Positions 1 through 11,272 of a stretch of DNA of 64,000 nucleotides are shown one piece after another. The stretch is from assembly GCF_021028975.2 (NCBI RefSeq), contig NC_059438.1, positions 37,386,001 through 37,450,000 of the forward strand, read 5' to 3'. Within the stretch, counting starts at the first letter, position 1. Every line of letters starts with the position of its first letter. This DNA is from Sphaerodactylus townsendi (taxonomy: Eukaryota). A program made the translations under genes and the position numbers. The notes under the pieces were generated by a model. It did no database searches. It saw only the letters and a list, made by a program, of their open reading frames with translations, and had not been told where the DNA came from.

Positions 1-666
1 CCACGTCGAGGTTGTGGCGTGTCCGAGCCTCTTTGGGGCGGGGAGCCGCTGGGGATACTGCTGCCCTCCAGTGGCCAATGGTGAGACTTACAAGCGCAAC
101 CCCCGGCCCCCACCACGCGGCATTTCTCAGGTTATAGTTGCTATAATGTGGCGTGTCCGGGCCTCTCTAGGCAGGGGGGGAGTCGCTGCGGAGCCCCTTA
201 ACCGTGGTAACGCTGAGAGTGCCCTTGCGAACTCTCCGAGAGCGTTGTAACGCTTCCCCAGAGCCCGGAATCCTATCCCGAGAGCGTTGTAATGGTCTCC
301 GAGTGCGTGATAACCCTTCCCAATAGCGTTGTAGTGGTGTCCGAGTGCGTGCTAGCCCTTACCAATAGCGCTGTAACGGTCTCCGAGTGCGTGCTAGCCC
401 TTCTAAAGAGCGTTGTAACGGTCTCCGAGACCGTGCCAACCCTCTCAGATAGGGTTACCGCGCTCTCGGGGAGCCCTCCGCAGCGACTTCCCTGCTCAAA
501 GAGGCCCCCGACACGCCACATTATAGCAACTATAACCTGAGAAATGCCGCGGAAGCGGGGGGGGGGGGTGCGCTTGTAATTCACACCTTTGGCCACTGGA
601 GGGCAGCAGCATCCCCAGCGGCTCCCCGCCCCAAAGAGGCTCGGACACGCCACAACCTCGACGTGG
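1..666. repeat. GC-rich fold-back element: inverted arms (about 1-195 and 475-666) around a 42-bp tandem array
   Basis: 1-195 is the reverse complement of about 475-666 (ccacgtcgaggttgtggcgtgtccgagcc / ggctcggacacgccacaacctcgacgtgg). Units gagtgcgtg...ggtctcc recur at 301, 343, 385 and 427. The left arm probably runs off the window. Confidence 0.85.
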
Positions 667-759
667 GGCCGCTTGCGAAGCGCTCTCGGCTGCATTGCCC
701 AAACCGGCTGCCAAGCTCAAAGAGGCTTGGGAAGATAGCGGAATCCCCCCATAACATCC

Positions 760-1060
760 ACGTGTGGTCTCGTGCGAAGGCGGCGGTCAGCGTGGCGTGG
801 TCCAGGGAAGGGACGGAGGGGGCTCTCCCGAGCACTGTGGGGCAGATTCTCCTCAGCTGCGGCACCCGATCAGGACGGGGGGAGGGGGGTCCCGGGGGAG
901 CCAGGCCAAGTGGGGGTGGGGGGGCTTTGAAGCCAATGACGGGAGCCCTCCCTCCCCATCGCCTCCGGGGGTGATGAGTCCCGAGAGAGAGCGCGGATTG
1001 GGCCGCCGCGCTTCTTCCTCCTCCTCCTGCCGCTTGATTGGCCGGCGGGGTGCCGATATG
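760..1060. promoter_or_regulatory. CpG-rich segment with CCAAT boxes (possible promoter, no gene assigned)
   Basis: High CpG density; ccaat at about 933, attgg at about 997 and 1037. Confidence 0.3.
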
Positions 1061-1204
1061 TCATTTTAGTGCAGATATGTCTCCAGGGCTGCCTGTGAAG
1101 AGAGCATCTGTTCATGTTCTTTGAACAGAGGAGGAATGAAACAGGGCGCAGGAGAAAAAATTCAGCCTGTAGACCTGCCCAGAACTGTCAGGCACTTTCT
1201 CCTC

Positions 1205-1405
1205 TGACCTGGATGGCTGGATCATGTCAAACCTTGGCAGCTAAGAAGGGTTGGATCTAGTTGGTATTTGCATGGGAGACAATGAAAGAAATGGAGGATC
1301 ACTACCTAGAGGCAGGCAACGGCAGACTGCCTGCATTCATATGTTGCCTTGAAAAGCCTATGGGGTCGCCGGAAATTGGTTGCAGCTTGATGGCACTTCC
1401 CACCA
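1205..1405 (+). mobile_element. Diverged 5S-derived SINE (5S-Sauria-like)
   Basis: 5S-like head (gcagctaagaagggttgg...ttggtatttgcatgggagac) plus Sauria/BovB-like tail; related copy at 32235. Confidence 0.5.
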
Positions 1406-2784
1406 CTAACCCATATCTAATGGGATGCACTATTTCTCTTGTATCCTCCCCACTCTTAATGCTGGGGGGGGGGATTCAAGAGGGACTTGATGTAGTTTCT
1501 GAGGGCCACTGATGCCTAGAGATGTCTCTCAGTGAGCTACTTCACGACGCTTCTGGCTCCGTTCTCTCCTTATGTGAGGGGATTGTAAGGCCTTCTTTTC
1601 CCTTTGGGCTTGATGGCCTGTATGAAAAGTTTAGTGCTTTGAGTAACTTTGGCGTGGAAGCTTTCTTCTGTGTTGCTGATCTGTTGGGGGTTTTTTTACC
1701 TGCAATCCTAGGAGGACCTAACATGGTCCACATGCACTGGGAAGGTTTGATGTTGCTTGCTTTGTTGTGGAGCAGATAGAGATGTATTGTCCTTCCTGAT
1801 TCATCTTGAATCATGCTCGAGGCTCTAGTGCTGACCTTTAAGCAGTCTGGAGCCCTCGTATCTATGGAACTGCATCTCTCCATATTGCCCCTGCATGACA
1901 CTTTGGTCCACTCTCCTGGTGGTCCCTAGCCCCAAGGATGTTACGTTGACCTCAACCAGAACCAGGGCTTTCTTGGCCCTGGCTCCAACCCGGTGGAACT
2001 CTGTCCATGAACACCAACACCCTGTGGAACCTTAATAAATTCTGCTGCAGTTTAAATAGTCCAAGTTTTAATAGTCAATAGTCCAGCCGTTATACTTCTA
2101 GACCAGTGGTGGCGAACCTTTGGCACTCCAGATGTTATGGACTACAATTCCCATCAGCCCCCACCAGCATGGCCAATTGGCCATGCTGGCTGACTGATAG
2201 AGAATATGGTATAACACTCGGAGATATAAGGTCCAATTCAACCCACACTTTTAGGGTTGGGATTTGCCATAGAACAGGGGATTTTATGCTGTGATTCTGA
2301 CAAATGTGAATGGAAAAACAGTGTATTTGCAGGGATACACAAGTTTCAAATGTAGGGCTGCAATTATGGTTCATCTGCCCATCAACAAAGTTCTCACTGG
2401 ACACTGCAGTGAAATAAGCCAGCCCCAAATTACCATATTTTTAAAGGATTAAGATGCCAACCCCTTATATCTTCCACATTCAGACTTTCCATTAATGTGA
2501 GCCTCTTTCATCAGTACAGGTATTATGCAAAACGCCAAGGAACCACACAAAAGGAGAAAAACTCTTTCAAGACCTTTACTATGTAAGTTAACCCAACAAC
2601 ATTGTAAAGTAAACTGCAGTCTCCGAATACTGGAAAGGCGACTGCTACCATAAATATAAAATTGAGAATGCTAGAAAGTTTCTCCTATACAGTGCTTCAA
2701 ACATTTTGGCTTGTTCATTCGTACAGAATCAACTAAACAAATTCTACTCTAGCTGCCCTTCAGTGCCATCAAACAAAACAACTG

Positions 2785-3030
2785 GTGGTGGTGGGTTTTC
2801 CAGGCTGAGTGGTGGATCTTATTCCTAACGTTTCGCCTGCATCTGTGGCTGGCATCTTCAGAAGCGTAGCACAGAGGGAAGTCTGTTACACACTATGTCC
2901 ACATGACACAGTGTGTAGCGGGCTTCCCTCTGATACCTCTGAAGATGCCAGCCTAGGCTCTGGCCCAACGATAGGCTACGATCCACCAGACCACTGACTT
3001 ACAGCGGGAAAACCCACCACACAACCAGAT
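2785..3030. mobile_element. Penelope-like terminal fragments in inverted arrangement, with a hammerhead motif on the - strand (2823-2864)
   Basis: Reverse complement reads cttCTGAAGAtgccagccacagatgcaggcGAAACGTTagga; partial mirror copy tctgaagatgccagcc at about 2938. Confidence 0.6.
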
Positions 3031-3452
3031 TAGATCAACGTGAAGCCTTGACAAAGACATAAGACAAAACAAGCCCTTTAATTTTTAGACAGAGACAACA
3101 AGCAGGGACATTTCTTCTGCCTCTTTTTTTGGAGTTGGCTGCAAGAACAACGGGCTGCTTTCCCCATCCCACGCTGGCCACGTTATGTTGAAACATTTGA
3201 ACCCCATATTACAAAAACAGAGCTGAGAGGCAGGATGAGAAGGCAGCTGCCAGAACCAAGAGTCTTGAAGTCATTATCCACCACGGGAATCCGCCTGCTC
3301 TCTGGCCAAGGGACAAAACATTTCGCATAACGTCACCCAGCAGAAAAGTCTGATTTCTTCAGTCCTCTGGGCAAGTCAATATTGTCACAGCAGCCTATCT
3401 GCAGTTCTTTCCAGAGAACAAAATGTACCATGGTGGAAAACATAATTCTCTC

Positions 3453-3547
3453 TCAAGGAGAAGGATCTTCGCCTCGAATAGCTTTGTACTTGGCCATGTC
3501 CTCCGGGAACGTACATCCAGCTCCTGAATCAACAAGCTTTTGAATTT
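3453..3547 (-). CDS. MED10: MED10 exon 4 (last coding exon; 1-nt deficit)
   Basis: ttctag acceptor; KFKSLLIQEL..FPEDMAKYKAIRGEDPSP*; frameshift between EL and FP. Confidence 0.9.
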
Positions 3548-4311
3548 CTAGAAGGAAAAAAAGAATTGCACACATGAGAGTAGGACATTTTGTGACAGAC
3601 AGTAATAAAGGACATGCCCAGTATTAGTGTGTTTACCTTTTGTACAGAAAACATGAACACTGGCGGGCTACATCTGGAATCAGTTAAAGGGACTATCTGC
3701 AAGACCACCATTGAATGAGACCACTGGTCTTTCAAAGTCAGTACTATCTACTCCAAGGGTGGCCAACCTATGGTGCTCCAGATGTTCCTGGACTACAATT
3801 CCCATCAGCCCCTGCCAGGGAATTGTAGTCCATGAACATCTGGAGCCACCCCTAATCTACTCAGACTGCCGGTGGCTCGCCATTCCTTAAGTCTATGAAA
3901 CTGTGTCTTGTAAACATCTTTGAGACGCAAACACAGGATAGTTAATGGCACAAGCGCCAGCCACTCCAGTAAATCCACAGTCCATCGATGGCCTCGTACT
4001 AAGAATGCAAACATATTTGATCCATCTTAACACTCAAAGCTTGCATGTGTGGGAGTGCACAGGCTAATCTGAATTCCCCAGATAAGCCTCCACAGCTCAA
4101 GCGGCAGAGTGGGGAATCAAACCTGGTTCCTCCAGATTAGAGTACATCTGCTCTTAACCGCTACGCCACTGCTGCTCCCAGTATAAACATCATCTTTAAC
4201 ATGAAGGTATTGTTCTAGAAAGCTTGTTCTAACAGTACAAGAACAAGAACAGTACAAGAACAAGAAAGCTTGTTCTAACAGTACAAGCTTTTATATCAAT
4301 CTGCATCTTAC

Positions 4312-4413
4312 CTTCATGGTATCAATTTTGCCTTTCACCTGCTCTTTTGTAAGAGCCCTTTCCAGCCATTCTTTGAGTATATATGGTTGAGGTTGCGGCC
4401 TTGATCTATGTAC
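4312..4413 (-). CDS. MED10: MED10 exon 3 (contains indels)
   Basis: AG/GT flanks; YIDQGRN then, in a shifted frame, KE.LERAL.KEQVKGKIDTMK. Confidence 0.9.
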
Positions 4414-4620
4414 CTAGAAAAACAAAACAAAATTGTGTTAGTATGCTTATACTTAGCAGTACAATTTGTCATATTATAGCTGTGTGAGTTGTCTATCCAC
4501 ATCGTCTTTGGGAACATGTCTATGAACAGGAGGAATGGTTTACTCAAGCAAGATTACAAACATGACATTAGTATTTGCTTACATTGGCACTGATCATCAC
4601 TGATATTTCAAAGAACAAAG

Positions 4621-4918
4621 AAGAAGAAGAAGAGGAGTTTGGATTTATATCCCCACTTTCTCTCCTGCAGGAGACTCAAAGGGGCTTACAATCTCCTTGC
4701 CCTTCCCCCCTCACAACAAACACCCTGTGAGGTGGGTGGGGCTGAGAGAGCTCCGAGAAGCTGTGACTTATTAAAGGTCACCCAGTTGGCGTGTGGGAGT
4801 GTACAGGTTAATCTGAATTCCCCAGATAAGCCTCCACAGCTCAGGCGGCAGAGCTGGGAATCAAACCCGGTTCCTCCAGATTAGATACACGAGCTCTTAA
4901 CCTCCTACGCCACTGCTC
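4621..4918 (-). mobile_element. tRNA-headed CORE-type SINE (Squam3-like), full length
   Basis: A box tggcgtaggagg, B box ggtttgattcc, (ctt)n tail; near-identical copies at 14054, 32543 and 33451. Confidence 0.85.
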
Positions 4919-4944
4919 CTAAGTATAATCATTCTAACTGCTAA

Positions 4945-5078
4945 NNNNNNNNNNNNNNNNNNNNNNNNNNNNNNNNNNNNNNNNNNNNNNNNNNNNNNNN
5001 NNNNNNNNNNNNNNNNNNNNNNNNNNNNNNNNNNNNNNNNNNNNNNNNNNNNNNNNNNNNNNNNNNNNNNNNNNNNNN
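4945..5078. other. Assembly gap (N run)
   Basis: 134 N bases. Confidence 1.
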
Positions 5079-5352
5079 TCATTCTAACACAAAGAACACT
5101 GATATTTCAAAGAACAAAAATGATACAGCTTCCAGCAATGTATCTAGGACCAGAACCAGGGAAAGAAATTATAATTGAGAACTGGCCCACAGAAAGTTGC
5201 AGTCCAGTGTCAACCACCTTCACACACAATGTAAGTTACCTTTGGGACTAGAAACATACAAGGTCTGCAGTGATGCTCAGACTCCCCACTGTAACGAGAT
5301 GCGGTTTCCTGTGCTTTCCTGAACACTGCCAAACAAGTCACTGGCTACTTAC

Positions 5353-5432
5353 TCAAAGACTTCCAAGGGCACACTGATATCATGAAGCTGCTGCGGCAGC
5401 CGACATCTTGCAAACCAGTAACCATAAAATTC
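5353..5432 (-). CDS. MED10: MED10 exon 2 (80 nt, about 4 nt short)
   Basis: cctag acceptor, gtaagt donor; NFMVTGLQDV then, in a shifted frame, QQLHDISVPLEVFE. Confidence 0.9.
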
Positions 5433-7007
5433 CTAGGAAAAAAACAGACTATTATTAGTGCTACAAAATTAATAATACAGTGGCAAACATCAGGGTGGTG
5501 GAGAGGTAGAGGAATGCTCTATAACCGTTGTGGCGAACCTTTGGCACTCCAGATGTTATGGACTACAATTCCCATCAACCCCTGCAAGCATGGCCAATTG
5601 GAGGTGTGGAGGTCCAATGCAGCCACATTAGAAACTGATAGAGTATGAATCCATAACATCTGAGTGCCAAGAACCCTACTCTATAAGAACAATGTGAAGA
5701 CTGATAAAGGGATCTTGCTCACTCTCATAGTCTCCTCAAACCTGTGAGTTATTAAAACTTCTATAAGCACAAAGGGGTTAAGAACAAAAGAAATGAACTC
5801 TCATCTCTTCCTGATCACAAGATCACATTTAGAAGACACTTTAAAAGAACTGGACACATCTATGAGGAGATGTAGCTATCTAACCACATGTCTTAGCTGA
5901 TGACAAGAGGCAGAAAAGAAGTCCACATTCAGAGGGGGAGTAACAACGTCCTCCCATGTCAAATGTTGGTTGCAAGCAGAGGAAAGTGGGAACTGAGAGT
6001 ATCCCAAACATCCTGCTCAACCTTTGCTCTAACAAGGGGAACAGTTGGACAGATTCGGAAGGTGAGTCTTCCTTTTTAAGAACCACTATGCATGTGCCAC
6101 TGTGGAAGCAAGAGCAGATAAAATAAAGCAACGATAGAAGTTTTCTGGGGAAATTCAAATTAATATTTTAAGTACTGACATAATGTTAGCACAAAACGTT
6201 AGCAAAAGGCCAACAAACACAAACCTGGACCCTATACGAGCTCAGACATCTGGTCATATTTCAAAACCTTTTTTTGACCACATAACATGACTGATTTGCA
6301 GAATCTCATCCCTGACAACTACAGATAAATGGACTATATTTATTTACATGGCAGACGGAAAATCATGAAATTATAGCACATTGATAAAGCATGTTGGAAA
6401 ATTCTCCATGCACAACATCACGAGACAATGTCTGATTCCATAAGCAAAGAAAAATTAAGGCATTACATTGCTAGAGGCTGCCAGGTATTATCCTGTAATG
6501 TTTTTTGTGCAGGAGGCTTGTAAAAATGGAAAAAGCAGTAGATTTAATAGCACACAGAGTTTATTTTGAGAAAAAAGCCCTTAAAAGGGAAAAAACTCAA
6601 AGCTGATTACCTACTAGCTGTTAGCAGCGCATCTATTCTACCTCTCCTGCGTAAACACAGCAGCCAGGTTTTGGATGCAAGCCAAAGGGCAGGAAAACAG
6701 CATGTGTAGGAAGAACTGCAAGTTCAGCATCACTATTTCAAGTGTCCCCCTATCTGCCTGGCCTCCCCTTCATCCCCCCCCCTTCCCCTTTCTTGCTCCC
6801 CCTCCCCTTTCCCCATCCCTTGTACTGAATATAATGAAACCAAAGGGTGGGCAAGACGCAGTTGGATTTATTCAATTGTTAAAGGGGTACCAAATGTCTA
6901 CATCTTTATACGTTTTACTTATTGATTGGTTGCACTATTTTAATTGTTATCACATCCTACTGATTATGTCTGTATACTGAACTGCGAATGCTGCTCTGAT
7001 GGGCTCA

Positions 7008-7292
7008 CAGGGCTGTCAAACTCGTGGCCCTCCCATCATCCCCTGCCAGTATCATGCTCATGTGCCTCCAGATGTTATGAACTACAGTTCCCATCATCCC
7101 CTGCCAGCATCATGCTCGTGGCCCTCCAGATGTTATGGACTACAGTTCCCATCATCCCCTGCCAGCATCATGCTCGTGGCCCTCCAGATGTTATGAACTA
7201 CAGTTCCCATCATCCCCTGCCAGCATCGGGCTCGTGGCCCTCCAGATGTTATGGACTACAGTTTATCCACATCCCCACCAGCATGATGCTGG
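7008..7292 (+). repeat. Tandem array (about 4.5 x 59 bp) derived from one arm of a palindromic hAT MITE
   Basis: Unit tgctcgtggccctccagatgttatggactacagttcccatcatcccctgccagcatca repeated head-to-tail. Confidence 0.9.
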
Positions 7293-7602
7293 CGAGAATA
7301 AGGAACTAACAGTGCCCTGGAGAACCCTAAGTTGACACCCCATTAGCCCCCCTGAGGTAGAAATCGAAATAAAGTAAAAGTGAAGTATGTGCTCGACAGA
7401 ACGGCTGGAGTCTGAGGAGCACGTGGGAGATCTGGATTCAAACCCTCCCACCGCCCAGATATCCGCCTCGGGCCAGCCACACCCCTCCCCAACTCAGCCT
7501 ACCTCGCAGAGCTGTTGTGAAGGCAGCCTCGACAGCATCACCCCCTCCCCATACGTCACCCACCGCCCCCAAACCCGCTGGGGAAAGGACAGCGCCGCTC
7601 AC

Positions 7603-7724
7603 AGCTTCTGGTTGAGGCCCGCCTGGCTGCTGGGCTGGAAATCGCTGACGATGATGCCCAACTGCCGGATGTTCTCCACGAACTTCTCCAGGTGCTCCTC
7701 CAAGGAGTCGAACTTCTCCGCCAT
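7603..7724 (-). CDS. MED10: MED10 exon 1 (Mediator subunit 10)
   Basis: MAEKFDSLEEHLEKFVENIRQLGIIVSDFQPSSQAGLNQKL; gtgag donor; intact frame. Confidence 0.97.
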
Positions 7725-8030
7725 CGCCGCGCCGCAAAGGGCTTCGCCACGGAAACCACTTCCGGGTTCTACACCGCCTCTAGAAACACAGCGATCCAAT
7801 CACAGTCGACTTAGAGTCCCTCGAGGCTCCGCCCTGCAGCGAGTTTGAAAGGAAAGGAGGGGGGGTTTTACGCATGCGCAACTTTGTAGTCCCCGTTTCA
7901 CAATCGTTTGGCGGAGAGCGGGGGCGTGGCTACACCTTTTCTCCGCCCTTTGTCACTCCTCTGCATTGCCTGATGGGCCGATACGTCTCTTGAGGGTACG
8001 AAAAGGACGGGCTGTTGGGCGCATGCGCTG
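7725..8030 (-). promoter_or_regulatory. MED10 CpG promoter: ETS (ccggaagt), CCAAT, GC box, two NRF1 sites, ACTACA motif
   Basis: cacttccgg about 7758; ccaat about 7796; ccgccc about 7829; cgcatgcgca 7871; gcgcatgcgc 8019; ggactacaaag on - strand about 7882-7892. Confidence 0.7.
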
Positions 8031-11000
8031 TTCTCATGCTTTGTGTTAATCTTTCTGTATGTTAGTTAATTCTTATTTGCTATTAACCTTTTTTTGTAGT
8101 GGAAGTTCAAAGAAGTAATTTGCATTTAAAAATAAAGCAATAATATAGATATTTCATTGATTTTTGTAAGATTAAAGTCCAGGAAGGTTGCATTCTAAAT
8201 GGAATTAAAAGAGGGAGGGCAGCAAGTCCATATTCACAAAGCAGTGAGGGGGAAGCGAGAGCCTGTTAATAATAATAATGATGATGATGATGATGATATT
8301 TCTGTTAATAATCATCTTAATTATGATACTTTTAATTATGGCCAGCATTTGAAAATAGGCTCATTTAGTCTCCAATGAAATATTAGACAAGTTGTGTTGG
8401 AGACTGGGTAAAAGCCGGATCTGGATGCCTTTAAATGGACCCTCTTGAATTCATATGATTTTTACACTGAAATTAAACGAAACCACCATAATAGCGTAGA
8501 GCATGTCTTAGTCTATAGACGGAACCACACAACAATCATGCATCCAATGCTTTGTGGCACTGCAGTGGTGAAAAAATGTGATGAAAAAGCATGGACCCTC
8601 ATGAGCACATATCATGTCCATGGTCGCAGCTTACCACAAATATCATGGCACAGCAGGTGGTGCAAAGGGTGGATTCTGGTGTTGAGGTCAGATCTGTAGT
8701 AGGGACCTGGCATGATTTGATGGAATTTTTTAGGGTGACAGGTGCAAAATCGCCAGAAGGTCCACATGAGGATCGATGCTTTAACCCATTTTCACCACTG
8801 CGGTGCCACTCACCCTGTATTTCAGTCTGGCAGCAGCAGCAGCAGCAAAAGTGGCTGGTGATGCTGGCTATGAGTGGCATCATGTTGCTGGTAATGTGGC
8901 GACATTGGTGTTAGCAAAACACTGCAGTAAATCGACTTCTATCGTGGCGATTTTGCCCAAATAGCCTGAGCATCGCCATGTGCTGGAAGTGTTACTGGCC
9001 ATAAAGCCCCAATTGTTGTTTTTTAAAATTTTAAGAATGCTTTATTGGGTTCAAAGAAAAGTTTCAGAGGGTAGAAATATAGAAAGGAAACAAGTATGGT
9101 ATCATTTAGATAGACAAAGAATTATGCAAGTACATTTGTTGTTAAACATTTATATTGCCCTTACACCTTTGTGTTCATTGCACTGTCAATCCACATTTCT
9201 TATACTTAAAATAAGGAGGAAAAATTGGGAATTTATTAGGTAGAAAGGAAAAGAGGATCAGATTGGAGAAGAAGAAAGATTAGTAAGAAAGTAAAAAGAA
9301 GGTAGCGAAAGAATGGAGAGAAATTAAATTAGAGGTTAATATCATAACCCTATAGTTGGATACTCATTTGAGTATCTAGGTTATGTTTTCTCTTATAATG
9401 TCTTATACTGACTTAGATCATGAGCTTTTGATATGTACTAGTAATTACCTTTACTGTTGCTAAAAAAAACCTAATTATCTGAAATAATGGTATGGATGCA
9501 TTTGAGGTGACAACAGTTGAGATTATTTACGTAATTGCCACCTTGTAGGCTTTGCGTGGGCTTGGGGTTCAGAGTCTTTTGCCACCATATATCTTTAGAC
9601 ATCTTCTCTCTCTTGCTTCCCAGCTCTACTGTAGCAAATGAGAGGGACTATAAAAGAAACAGAGAAAAGTATTAGACATATGTTAAAAAATGCAGGAAAT
9701 GGCATTACATAAGTAATAATTACAAAGGCGAAGAGGGAACAGTATAGTGCATATAGTAAACAGATAATGTATGCTGTATGCAGTGGGATAGTCCACAGTC
9801 TCATGTAGAAATGTCTTCTTGTAGGATCACTGTAGATATGTAGAAAGCGTCTTCTTGAACCATTCCATTGTAGTCTGACCCAAAGTTACCTTTCTAGAAG
9901 TGCCTTCTGGAACAATTCTGTTCGATGAATGCAGCAGAAACTACCGTGCCATGAATCAGACACCAGTCCATCAAGGTCAGGACTGGCTACTCCCGGGATG
10001 GCTAGTAGCAGCTTATAGCACTTCCGTGTGCAGTTGCCTACCACACCCAAACTGCAGAAAGTTTTCAGTGAAATTGCTGTCGCTCTGTTTGCCAGGAATT
10101 GAACCTGGAGCCTCAATCACGCTCTACAGCTGAGCCACAGTCCCAGAAGCATAGAGGCCTTCTTGCTGTCTTCATATGTGAAGCCACAAGCTGGGGGCCA
10201 GCCCACAAGGGGAGATGGACACATCTTTCCTGTTTGTAGGGTGGCATCCCAGAAGCTTGCTTGGATGAATAAATCTGTTGTGTAGGAGCCTAGGAGGGGA
10301 GAGGGTCCTGCAGATACAAGGGTCCGAAGCCAAGAAGTATCTTGAGCTGAGCTCAGCAACTGATGGGCAGCCAATGGACTGACTGCAGAATGGGTATGAT
10401 GTGCCTATTCTGCTTAGCTCCTGATAGCCACTGAGTTGTGACTATGTGTACTCACTGGAATTTCCAAGTTAACCTCAAGGGTGGTCCATGCAGGCTGCAT
10501 TTGTGTGGTAAAATGGAAGTATTTGCGGTTGGTACTAACCTTAGGCCCCTTCCGCACATGCAGAATAAATGCACTTTCAATCCACTTTCAATGCACTTTG
10601 CAGCTGGATTTTACTGTCTGGAACAACAAAATCCACTTACAAACAATTGTGAAAGTGGATTGAGAGATATGACTGTTCTACACATCTTGAAAGGGCCTTC
10701 CTATTCGCTCAAAACTGTGACAATCCCAGTTCTAAAATTTGCTGCAAACGCAGTGCTGGATTGTAGAGGCAATTTGAATGACCTACTACCTTGTTTTCTG
10801 GGAAAGTGAGGAGACCGGTAGGCTTCGAGGAAGCCGCAGTGATCCTCCAACATGAACATAAAAACAGCGATCTTATGAAGAAGTGATATGAAACAAGGAC
10901 CTTGCCATAGCGACCTTTGATTTAAACACACAGGAACAACTTTTTTTCTTAAATAAATAAGATCTTCTCTAATATCCCACAAAATGAGCGTTGCTGTCGA

Positions 11001-11131
11001 TTCTGTCCTGATACAACTGATTCACTTTCTCATATTCTGCTTCACTGTTCAAAATACAACATCAGAACTGATTTGAGAACTGTATTACCAACAGGATTTA
11101 TGCTCCTTTCTGATAAGATAAAAATGGCTGA

Positions 11132-11272
11132 GGCCCCTTCCGCACACGTAAAATAATGCGTTTTCAAACCACTTTCACAACTGTTGGCAAGTGGGTTTTG
11201 CTATTCCGCACAGCTTCAAAGAGCACTGAAAGCAGTTTGAAAGTGCATTATTCTGCATGTGTGGAATGAGCC
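11132..11272. mobile_element. About 140-bp non-autonomous PIF/Harbinger-like MITE
   Basis: TIRs ggccccttccgcaca / tgtgtggaatgagcc; sister copies at 38296-38436 (TSD tct), 47677-47816 and 52427-52567 (TSD cta). Confidence 0.7.

Noticed and set aside
200-470. 42-bp array (and the 59-bp array at 7008-7292) as a CRISPR array
   Set aside because: Units are contiguous with no unique spacers, there are no cas genes, and the context is a vertebrate genome.
273-695. 140-aa and 82-aa heptad-like ORFs
   Set aside because: They follow from the 21/42-bp periodicity; no splice signals or recognisable homology.
4860-4918. tRNA or 5S rRNA genes (also near 32235 and 37000)
   Set aside because: They are Pol III heads joined to SINE bodies and tails, not complete RNA genes.
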